DNA of 64,000 bases, taken from IMG/VR virus record IMGVR_UViG_3300014911_000629; one strand, written 5' to 3'. The position numbers were made by a program, and so were the translations under genes. This document shows, piece after piece, positions 56,789-64,000 of this stretch. The notes below the pieces were generated by a model. The model saw only the letters and a program-made list of their open reading frames with translations. It made no database searches and was not told the DNA's origin. This DNA comes from an uncultured virus (IMG/VR IMGVR_UViG_3300014911_000629) (taxonomy: Duplodnaviria > Heunggongvirae > Uroviricota > Caudoviricetes). How positions within the stretch are numbered: the stretch's first letter is position 1; each line of letters begins with the position of its first letter.

Positions 56789-57156
56789 ATTGTAAAAAAT
56801 ATTCATTAAAAGAACTATGCGAAATGTATATCAGAATGATAGCAACCAAAGTAGATGGAAGGATGAGGGTAGAACTACATGAATGTATAGCAGAGAGAAT
56901 AGGGATTGATTATGATAAACTAAAAACAGTTTTACATAATTTAGATAAGGAAATAGGTTTTGAAATTAAAGAATTTTACACAATAAGAGAGATTAAGCAG
57001 TATGGCAATAAACTCTATGAGAGATTAATCAGATTTGCAAAAGATGAGGTTTTGAATGATGGAGATAGTGTTGAATTTTTAAAATCTATTGGCATGGATA
57101 TTGACGAGTGGGAAGCATACTATCGTGATTATGTAAATTGCAAGGAGGGTGGTTAA
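56776..57156 (+). CDS. Hypothetical protein
   Basis: In operon. Confidence 0.6.
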   Translation: MVKVNCKKYSLKELCEMYIRMIATKVDGRMRVELHECIAERIGIDYDKLKTVLHNLDKEIGFEIKEFYTIREIKQYGNKLYERLIRFAKDEVLNDGDSVEFLKSIGMDIDEWEAYYRDYVNCKEGG

Positions 57157-57964
57157 AGTGATATTGGTAAGTGTAGATTTTGATTATTTTGTAAGAGAGT
57201 TGAAATCTTGGGATTGGGGACATAGTGATGAGAATGGAGGGCAGGCAGGACTATATGCTTACAAGGCATGGTATGTAAGATATGTTACTTCCAGAATAGA
57301 CATAATAAAAGAAACCGACCCTAAAATACATGCTGACTTTGAACCCATACAGTTGTTAAGCAAATTCAGAGAACTTGGATTAAAATTCAATGATAGGACG
57401 AGGATGATGATAGCAGAAAGTCATGGAGAAGCATATCATTTCTTCAAAGAGATGCAATCAAATGTAATGATACATCTGGATGCACACCATGACATGTATG
57501 ATGATAGTGATGAGATAACATGCGGGAACTGGTTGGCTAATCTAACAAAGATAAAGAGAGGCATGGAAATATATCATGTTGTGCCAAAGTGGGAGAGAGA
57601 ATGGTATCCAAATGCGAAATCAAAGGAAGAAATGTTCAAAGAGATTAGCAGTGCTATTAAAAACGAGATAAAGCAGAGAGCAACAATAAGGCACGTGTTC
57701 TTTGAGGATTTGCCAAAATTCAATCAGGTAGTGGAAGGAATTTTCTTTTGCAGGAGCGGAAGTTGGACACCACCACATCTTGACCAAGAATTTATTGACA
57801 TGCTAAAGGTTTTCATAATTGGCACTGGCATATTGCCATCAAATATTATAGAACTTCCTCTAATAGTCAGAAACTTTAACATGAAGGAAATTGAAGAAAC
57901 AAGAAAGAAGTTTTTGGAAGCGGAAAAAATGTTAAGGGAAAAAGGAGGGATGAAAAATGATTAA
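57149..57964 (+). CDS. UPF0489/arginase-like metal-binding protein
   Basis: SVDFDYF, ESH, HLDAHHD, CGNW, RSGSWTPP. Confidence 0.65.
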   Translation: MVKVILVSVDFDYFVRELKSWDWGHSDENGGQAGLYAYKAWYVRYVTSRIDIIKETDPKIHADFEPIQLLSKFRELGLKFNDRTRMMIAESHGEAYHFFKEMQSNVMIHLDAHHDMYDDSDEITCGNWLANLTKIKRGMEIYHVVPKWEREWYPNAKSKEEMFKEISSAIKNEIKQRATIRHVFFEDLPKFNQVVEGIFFCRSGSWTPPHLDQEFIDMLKVFIIGTGILPSNIIELPLIVRNFNMKEIEETRKKFLEAEKMLREKGGMKND

Positions 57965-58103
57965 ATGGGAATGTAAGGAATGTGGAAACGCAAAATGCAT
58001 CCTGATAACAGGAAGTGAAGGCAAGCCCCACATGTGTCCTTTTTCAATAACTGTCCCATCATGGAAAAGAATAGATGAAAATGAAAGGAGGGATGAAAAA
58101 TGA
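57957..58103 (+). CDS. 48-aa Cys-rich protein (not in ORF track)
   Basis: MIKWECKECGNAKC...HMCPF; SD and ATGA coupling. Confidence 0.55.
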   Translation: MIKWECKECGNAKCILITGSEGKPHMCPFSITVPSWKRIDENERRDEK

Positions 58104-58534
58104 AGGTAATAGATAAGTATGGTAGGGAGGTTGATGTGCCATTTATTGATGAAAATGGATGCCATAATAATGGAAAATACATCTGCAATCTTGGATACGC
58201 CTGTGATGGATGTCCATACAATATGGATTTGAAAAAGGAGCATGGAAGGTTAAGAAACTGTCCATACTGCGGAAAGCCATTAGTAGGAGAAAGCAGGACA
58301 GCATTATTCAAAGGCAAGCGAAGGATATTATTTGGGTGCAAATACTGTGGCATGCCATACTACGTAGTTATGCCTAAATCATTGCGGATAGAATGGATGA
58401 TATACAGGATAGGAGGGCGGAAGAAAAGCAGATTTATTCTTGCAAGAGTGAAATTTGAGGAAGGCGGAGACGAAATACTTGAATACATGGAACTCGAAAG
58501 AGTTAAGGATGCTATAAAGCCATTCAGGAATTAG
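58100..58534 (+). CDS. Multi-zinc-finger protein
   Basis: CNLGYACDGCPY, CPYC, CKYC. Confidence 0.65.
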   Translation: MKVIDKYGREVDVPFIDENGCHNNGKYICNLGYACDGCPYNMDLKKEHGRLRNCPYCGKPLVGESRTALFKGKRRILFGCKYCGMPYYVVMPKSLRIEWMIYRIGGRKKSRFILARVKFEEGGDEILEYMELERVKDAIKPFRN

Positions 58535-58545
58535 GGGGTGGTTAA

Positions 58546-59040
58546 GTGTGCATATTGTGTGATGTAAGATATTTTCTAACTGTGCATGATACTGCCATTT
58601 ATTTACAGATATTCGCAAATAAGAAGGAAGGAGAAGGAGTATGGGAGAAAAAACCAAAAAACAGAAAGGAGTTTGATAAGAAAATAACTACAATTACGAA
58701 AGAATTGAATGATGCACCTAACATGGCAACAACATACGAGTTTCTTATGAGAGTTGTAAAGAGTTTTGCAAAGAAGTATGATGATGACCTGTTATCCATT
58801 GCACTTGTATATCTTGATATATTGTGTATAATGAATGGAAGGGATAGAGAGCCGATTGATAAAAAATGGATAGAGAAGATGCAAAGAAAGATGAGAAAAC
58901 TAAAATTCACGGAAAGTGAAAAATGTTATTTTGTCATCAATGCACTAATCCATGATTTCAACAATTTTCATGAGTGGTTTAACAGCGGAAAGAGGAGTGG
59001 AAAGGAGCATGAGAAGGCATACATAAATTACATAGGGTGA
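58546..59040 (+). CDS. Hypothetical protein
   Basis: In operon. Confidence 0.6.
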   Translation: MCILCDVRYFLTVHDTAIYLQIFANKKEGEGVWEKKPKNRKEFDKKITTITKELNDAPNMATTYEFLMRVVKSFAKKYDDDLLSIALVYLDILCIMNGRDREPIDKKWIEKMQRKMRKLKFTESEKCYFVINALIHDFNNFHEWFNSGKRSGKEHEKAYINYIG

Positions 59041-59972
59041 TAACCATGAAGAACCTAATAATATCTCATGGAGATGGAGATGGCGTATGTGCCTGTGCTA
59101 TTTGCTATCAGGCATTAGGCAAGAATGCAATCATTTTGTTTGCACAACCATTCAACATAGAGCATATATTTGAGGAACTATTTAGAAATGGAGAACTGCT
59201 ATCGTTTGATAACATCTATATTATAGACATAGCATATAATGGAAGCATAGAAGCATATCTTGAATATTTAAGAAGAAGCAACAAGAGGGTTATTTACATA
59301 GACCATCATTTTCAATCATTGACAATAAAAGGAAGATATGAAGGAATTATAGATACAAATTATTCTGCGTCCAAACTTACTGCACATTATTTCCATGTGC
59401 TAACACCATTAGAAAAGATTGGCAGTGCATGTGATAAAACCATAATGCTGGCAAAACTTGACCCACTATATGAGGAAGCGGAGACATTGAGAAAGGCATT
59501 GGCGTATGAGCCAGATGATGATATTTTCAGATTAAAACTTGTAAAAGAACTTGCAGATGGAAAAATGCCATCAGAAATAGAGGAAGTGATTGAGAGAGGA
59601 AATAAATGCGAGGAAGAAAGAAACATGCTTTATGAACTTGCCTTGAAAAACATAGAATATGAGGATGAGAAAGTAATCATTGTTAATATGAAACCGATGG
59701 ATTTAGTTGGCAGAGCGGGAAGTATCGCAAGCAGGATGGCGATAGAGAACAAGAAGGCAGTATTTCTCATATATGGCAACAGTAAAACAATCATAACAGC
59801 GAGAAGTCATAGAGACCTTGACATCAATATCGGCAAGATAATGCATAAATACTACAATGGAGGAGGACACAAATACGCAGGAAGCGGAAATGTAGGAAAT
59901 GATAATGACATTGATAGATTGATTAAGGAAATACCAAGAATAGTAGAGAAAAGTTGTGGAAATTGTAAATGA
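59037..59972 (+). CDS. DHH/DHHA1 phosphoesterase
   Basis: HGDGDG, IIDI, YIDHH, SAS, GGGHKYAG. Confidence 0.9.
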   Translation: MITMKNLIISHGDGDGVCACAICYQALGKNAIILFAQPFNIEHIFEELFRNGELLSFDNIYIIDIAYNGSIEAYLEYLRRSNKRVIYIDHHFQSLTIKGRYEGIIDTNYSASKLTAHYFHVLTPLEKIGSACDKTIMLAKLDPLYEEAETLRKALAYEPDDDIFRLKLVKELADGKMPSEIEEVIERGNKCEEERNMLYELALKNIEYEDEKVIIVNMKPMDLVGRAGSIASRMAIENKKAVFLIYGNSKTIITARSHRDLDINIGKIMHKYYNGGGHKYAGSGNVGNDNDIDRLIKEIPRIVEKSCGNCK

Positions 59973-60018
59973 TAATCATGAAAAGATTTATATACAAAAT
60001 TTAGATATAGATTTTGGG

Positions 60019-60903
60019 ATGACAATGGGATTGGATAAGTTTGAAGGAAAGGATGAAAAGAAGGAAAAGAAGGAGGAGAAAAAGGAATTAACTTGGGATA
60101 ACGAGGCGGATAGAACTATACTGGCAACAGCATTAAACATGCTTGGATTTAAGCAAACAGAGAAGCGTAGCGACCTTTTTGTTAAACAGATAAGTAAGGA
60201 TGAAGCAATTTTTGTTGATTTTTCAAAAAATCCGAAGGGAGTATTTTATCCAAAGAAGGGTAGCAAATTGAAAGTTGAGGAGAGAGTGGAATATAAAGCG
60301 TTTAGAGCGATGCAGAAAGGACAGGCAAAGGCAAATCCAGAAAATCCGAAGGAAATCACAATAGTTGATGATGAGGGGAGAGAACAGGTATTATTGATAC
60401 CAGATTATGTTGAAGGTGAAGAAGTTGTTAAGGTTTCTCCACAGGACTTTTTCATTGAATGGGAGGGAAAGAAATACTACATTAAGCCAGAATTTATAGA
60501 GGTAATAAAGAACAGACCAGCACCAAATATTAAGGGTATTATTGATGTTGTCCAGCGTGCCAATGCCATAAGGGATTGGAAAACAGAGATTTTGAAAGAG
60601 CCAGAAAAGATTTTGCCAAAGCAGGTAGATGACCCCAGAGACCCAGAACATTATGATGAGCCAGCGGACATACACAGCAAGGATTATTTGTGTATAGCAA
60701 AAACAACAGTTGTAAGAGCAGATGGAAAAACTTTCACTGCTCATGGTTCTGCTCATCCATTGAGCGTTAGTGGAAACTTGAGACCGAAGATAATAGAAAT
60801 GGCAGAGACACGAAGTTTGGCAAGGGCATTGCGATTTGCTTTTAACATTCATGCTGTAACTGCTGAAGAAATTGAAGATGTTATGGAGGAAAAGGAGGGA
60901 TAA
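60019..60903 (+). CDS. Rad52/Sak-like ssDNA annealing protein (tentative)
   Basis: F.AHGSA...IEMAETRSLARALRFA...AEEI; internal TATA at 59987-59994. Confidence 0.55.
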   Translation: MTMGLDKFEGKDEKKEKKEEKKELTWDNEADRTILATALNMLGFKQTEKRSDLFVKQISKDEAIFVDFSKNPKGVFYPKKGSKLKVEERVEYKAFRAMQKGQAKANPENPKEITIVDDEGREQVLLIPDYVEGEEVVKVSPQDFFIEWEGKKYYIKPEFIEVIKNRPAPNIKGIIDVVQRANAIRDWKTEILKEPEKILPKQVDDPRDPEHYDEPADIHSKDYLCIAKTTVVRADGKTFTAHGSAHPLSVSGNLRPKIIEMAETRSLARALRFAFNIHAVTAEEIEDVMEEKEG

Positions 60904-60904
60904 A

Positions 60905-61198
60905 ATGGATATAGTATTGGCATGGATTTCAGGATTAATGCCATTTTGTTTAGTTGTAACACTATTATTTCATATCTTTTTAAAGGAATTAGATGTGCTT
61001 GAATGTTTTGCATTGGCTTTAATGTTATATTTAGGAATAATAACATGGATAGACACTATATTATGGTTTTTGAATATTTTAACTGGAGAGCCAGAAATAG
61101 TATTTTTCTTTTTCATTCCATGTGCAATCTTATTTGATATTATTCTTGCCAAAAATATATCAATAGAGGTGAAAAGGAGGGATGAAAATGAAGGGTGA
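60905..61198 (+). CDS. Membrane protein
   Basis: Three hydrophobic segments; GGAGG SD. Confidence 0.6.
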   Translation: MDIVLAWISGLMPFCLVVTLLFHIFLKELDVLECFALALMLYLGIITWIDTILWFLNILTGEPEIVFFFFIPCAILFDIILAKNISIEVKRRDENEG

Positions 61199-61982
61199 AA
61201 TAAAGCCACTTTATGGTATTATAGTTATGATTGTATTTACCGTAATATTAGCAGGAGCAATATACATATATGTTGAGAAAGGGCAGAAGGAAAGCAAGCA
61301 AGAAAACACATATACCATAGGTTCAATACTTCATGTAGTAGTAAATGATAGAGACATTGTATGTTTGAAGGGGTTTGACACAGACAATACAAGAGGATAT
61401 ATTATTGGAAAACTTGTAGGATTTTCAGAAGAAGTTGAGATAAATTTCAACGAAGGTGTAGCGTATGCATATGGAGATGAAAACCTGACAGAGGAGGTTT
61501 TATCAATTAATTACTTTGACCCTGAAAATAATATCTTTGTTTATGCGGAAAAAGGAATACAAATTCAAAAAAGAAGATATGACAATAATACTTATCAAAT
61601 AGAACTTGAAACTTATGTGCCAATAGAAAATGTTGTAATAGTTGGAGACGGAGCATCAATACATATACAAGGCGAAAAATTAGAAGTAGCATCAATAGGA
61701 TTTTTAGAAGTAGCAAGTCGGGTTGTATTTCTTGTTACTGTTGAAACAGATAATGCAACAATTTACATTAGAGGACATGTGAAACATCCAGACATGATAT
61801 TTACAAGGAATATTAATTTGACCCAACAATCAGACCAAATAGATACACAATTTGTAAAAATTATACAATATGGTGAATATTGGTTTAAAATATACAGCAT
61901 GCCTGATGGCAGAATAATAATTAGAGTATTTGATAGCAACTGGAACGAAGTTGCGAGAGATGTTATAAGGGTGGAGGGATAA
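61182..61982 (+). CDS. Protein with archaeal pilin-like N-terminal helix
   Basis: KGEIKPLYGIIVMIVFTVILAGAIYIYV resembles the SPVIGVILMVAITVILA pilin helix. Confidence 0.55.
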   Translation: MKMKGEIKPLYGIIVMIVFTVILAGAIYIYVEKGQKESKQENTYTIGSILHVVVNDRDIVCLKGFDTDNTRGYIIGKLVGFSEEVEINFNEGVAYAYGDENLTEEVLSINYFDPENNIFVYAEKGIQIQKRRYDNNTYQIELETYVPIENVVIVGDGASIHIQGEKLEVASIGFLEVASRVVFLVTVETDNATIYIRGHVKHPDMIFTRNINLTQQSDQIDTQFVKIIQYGEYWFKIYSMPDGRIIIRVFDSNWNEVARDVIRVEG

Positions 61983-61983
61983 A

Positions 61984-62160
61984 ATGGGTATAATACCAGT
62001 ATTTAAATGTCCAGCATGTAAAGGCGATGTTATCCTTCAGTTTTATGGACACTTTCTTGAATGGGGATGTGTTGAATGTAATAGGATATGGGGTATAGAG
62101 GTAAGCAAACCTGTTTTTGCACTGGGAGGGATTAACCATGTCAGCAGAAGAAAAGATTGA
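61984..62160 (+). CDS. 58-aa zinc-ribbon protein (not in ORF track)
   Basis: FKCPACKG...WGCVECN; GGAGG SD. Confidence 0.6.
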   Translation: MGIIPVFKCPACKGDVILQFYGHFLEWGCVECNRIWGIEVSKPVFALGGINHVSRRKD

Positions 62161-62581
62161 GTTGTTGATTGAAGAACAAAGGAGGCATCATAAAGAAAAG
62201 GAGAAAGCGGATAAAATAAGGAATATAATCCTATTTCTCATCCTGATTGTTTTGATACTTCGCCTTTTTTACTGTCCATGCCCACAAGCCCCAACCCCCG
62301 TTAAAGGGTATGAGTTAGATAAGTATGTAGAAGACCAGAATGGAAACCCACTTGCAGGAGCAACAGTTATTCTTTATAATCACCCGAATGGAATGGTAAT
62401 CGCACAGGGTGAGACAGATGAGTATGGTTGGTGTAATTTCACCAACCTTCAATATGGTAGATATTTCCTGTGGGTTTCCTATGGTGGTATCACATCCTCT
62501 GAATGGGTGTGGGTAACAGAGGACATGCAGATTACAAATACTCTAACTCTCCCGACGGAAGGGTTGGGGCGTGGGCTTTAG
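62138..62581 (+). CDS. Membrane-anchored protein with prealbumin/carboxypeptidase-regulatory-like domain
   Basis: TM then DQNGNPLAGATVIL...TDEYG...F.NL..G.Y. Confidence 0.7.
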   Translation: MSAEEKIELLIEEQRRHHKEKEKADKIRNIILFLILIVLILRLFYCPCPQAPTPVKGYELDKYVEDQNGNPLAGATVILYNHPNGMVIAQGETDEYGWCNFTNLQYGRYFLWVSYGGITSSEWVWVTEDMQITNTLTLPTEGLGRGL

Positions 62582-62587
62582 AAAAAT

Positions 62588-63208
62588 GTGAAAATGATGA
62601 GGAAAAGCGAGTTGATGCAGGATAAAACCTTCATTGAGTTTATGAGACGATACTATCCTTTTTATAGCAATAGTATGCTATGTAAGTTGATTGAACAAGA
62701 GTATGGCATTAAACTAAAAGTAAAAGATATAGAGAGAATGGTATATGAGTTAAGGAAACAAAACCCTGAACTGATAAAACCGAAATATCCCATACTCTTG
62801 AGAAAGAAAATTCTTGAAAAGAAAGGGTTGCCAAGAGACCCAACAAAGACCCCGAACATGTATGTGATGAAGTTGAGCAAATACCTAATTATCGCAAAGT
62901 GCATAAATATCATAAATTCCATAAAAAATAGAAAAAATGTAAAAAATGTAAAAGACATAGAAGATGAAACAGCATTTATAACATATAAGGACATGGGTGG
63001 GAGGCAACCGACGGTTGTGAAGTATTTATGCAATATCGGAGTTCTTGAAGAATGGGGAGGAAAAACCTATATCTGTAACATAAAGAAATTGCTTGCCCTG
63101 ATAGATGAATTAAGGAAAGCAAAGGATAATTTTGTTGAAGTATATAATGGTAATGGTGGTGAAAATGGTAATAGTAAAAGGTATAGAGAGATTGCCAGAA
63201 CGAATTAA
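62588..63208 (+). CDS. Basic hypothetical protein
   Basis: Long ORF in operon. Confidence 0.6.
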   Translation: MKMMRKSELMQDKTFIEFMRRYYPFYSNSMLCKLIEQEYGIKLKVKDIERMVYELRKQNPELIKPKYPILLRKKILEKKGLPRDPTKTPNMYVMKLSKYLIIAKCINIINSIKNRKNVKNVKDIEDETAFITYKDMGGRQPTVVKYLCNIGVLEEWGGKTYICNIKKLLALIDELRKAKDNFVEVYNGNGGENGNSKRYREIARTN

Positions 63209-63809
63209 AAAGCATATCCTTGATACGGTAAGGCGTGAATATGTGCCTCCAGATGATAGGATATGGGTAACGGAGATACTGTATTGTTTGAGAAAGGCAT
63301 GGTTTAGAAGAAAGATGCCGAAACCGATGGACATACATTCAGCATGGCACTTGTATAGAGGGATAATATTTCATAATGTATGGGAAAGTTTATATGATGA
63401 CAAGGACAAAAAGATAGAGATACCAATTTATAACACAGGTGCAGTTTTAGTTGCCAAATATGATTTTATTGAGGGAGATACCATCTATGACCTGAAATGG
63501 GTTGCAGATGGTTATGAGAAATTTTTAGTCCAGCGTGGAGCAAGCAAGCCACATAAGGAGCAGGTTCAAATTTATTTACATGCAAAAGGGATGAAAAAAG
63601 GCGGTTTGATTTATTTAATGAGCAAGAGCGTTAAAATATTTGAATTTGAACTTGAGGATGATTTTGATATAAATGAATTTTTGAAAAGGGCTTTACTTCT
63701 ATGGGATGCTTTAAAAACGAATACTCCTGCACCTAAAACTCCCCATCCTCATGAATGTAGATACTGCGAATATAAGGACGAGTGTATAAAGGTGGAAAAG
63801 CATGTATAA
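63132..63809 (+). CDS. Solo Cas4-like PD-(D/E)XK nuclease
   Basis: YCLRKAW, G..FH, YDF...YDLKW, QVQIY, ECRYCEYKDEC (four-Cys Fe-S pattern). Confidence 0.8.
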   Translation: MLKYIMVMVVKMVIVKGIERLPERIKKHILDTVRREYVPPDDRIWVTEILYCLRKAWFRRKMPKPMDIHSAWHLYRGIIFHNVWESLYDDKDKKIEIPIYNTGAVLVAKYDFIEGDTIYDLKWVADGYEKFLVQRGASKPHKEQVQIYLHAKGMKKGGLIYLMSKSVKIFEFELEDDFDINEFLKRALLLWDALKTNTPAPKTPHPHECRYCEYKDECIKVEKHV

Positions 63810-64000
63810 CGGAGTAAATAAATGGATAAAGTTGAGCGAATATATGCGAACTGCAATAATAAGAGGATGCACAGATGAGGAAAAATTGAAAAGATTAGCA
63901 CTGCGACACGCTTGGTATCTATTTGGAAATGAGGACGGAACTGTAATAGACAAAAAACTTGAGGAGGAAATAAGGGCATTTATCAGCAGTTTTATCTGGC
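63802..64000 (+). CDS. Hypothetical protein, truncated by window end
   Basis: ATG overlapping the Cas4-like gene's end; open reading frame to 64000. Confidence 0.5.
   Translation, partial: MYNGVNKWIKLSEYMRTAIIRGCTDEEKLKRLALRHAWYLFGNEDGTVIDKKLEEEIRAFISSFIW

Larger units (their letters stand above)
1..64000. mobile_element. Part of a large archaeal virus / integrative or extrachromosomal element (ends not in window)
   Basis: Orc1/Cdc6, tyrosine recombinase, HNH, solo Cas4-like, Rad52-like, MoxR/VWA pairs, a tRNA and many short unknown ORFs in long co-oriented operons; no housekeeping genes recognised. Confidence 0.85.

Noticed and set aside
63132..63809. Cas4-like gene as evidence of a CRISPR-Cas locus
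   Set aside because: No array, cas1, cas2 or effector genes in the window

Overview
Low-GC, gene-dense segment that reads as one large archaeal virus or mobile element. No housekeeping host genes are present, and neither end of the element is visible. A Thermoplasmata-like host is inferred from the initiator-tRNA type, a PGF-CTERM-like tail and GGTGA/GGAGG ribosome-binding sites. Layout: (i) 1-3.2 kb replication end, with Orc1/Cdc6, an HNH nuclease and a promoter-driven hairpin ncRNA. (ii) 3.3-39.5 kb, mostly minus strand, a putative structural/envelope region. It encodes many secreted or membrane-anchored proteins (PKD/Ig, DUF2341+LamG adhesin, two S8 proteases, a signal peptidase I, a pilin-like protein) and families of small Cys proteins. 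It also holds an operon running MraZ-like regulator, coiled-coil protein, thioredoxin-like protein, wHTH protein, three paralogous two-Cys miniproteins, radical SAM/SPASM enzyme, initiator tRNA-Met. (iii) 39.6-42.2 kb, a tyrosine recombinase and regulators. (iv) 42.3-64 kb, plus-strand putative early operons with two different MoxR AAA+/VWA pairs, a DHH phosphoesterase, a Rad52-like annealase and a solo Cas4-like nuclease. The strongest novel signal is an 8-copy promoter motif: GTGGG/GGG boxes at 9-bp period abutting the TATA box, one copy upstream of the MraZ-like gene itself. Also notable are a separate 4-copy 42-nt promoter-leader cassette, 9-bp-periodic intergenic arrays, a 60-bp repeated 3' element and a tRNA-iMet with a non-canonical anticodon loop. 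All family calls come from motif recognition by eye; no database search was run.
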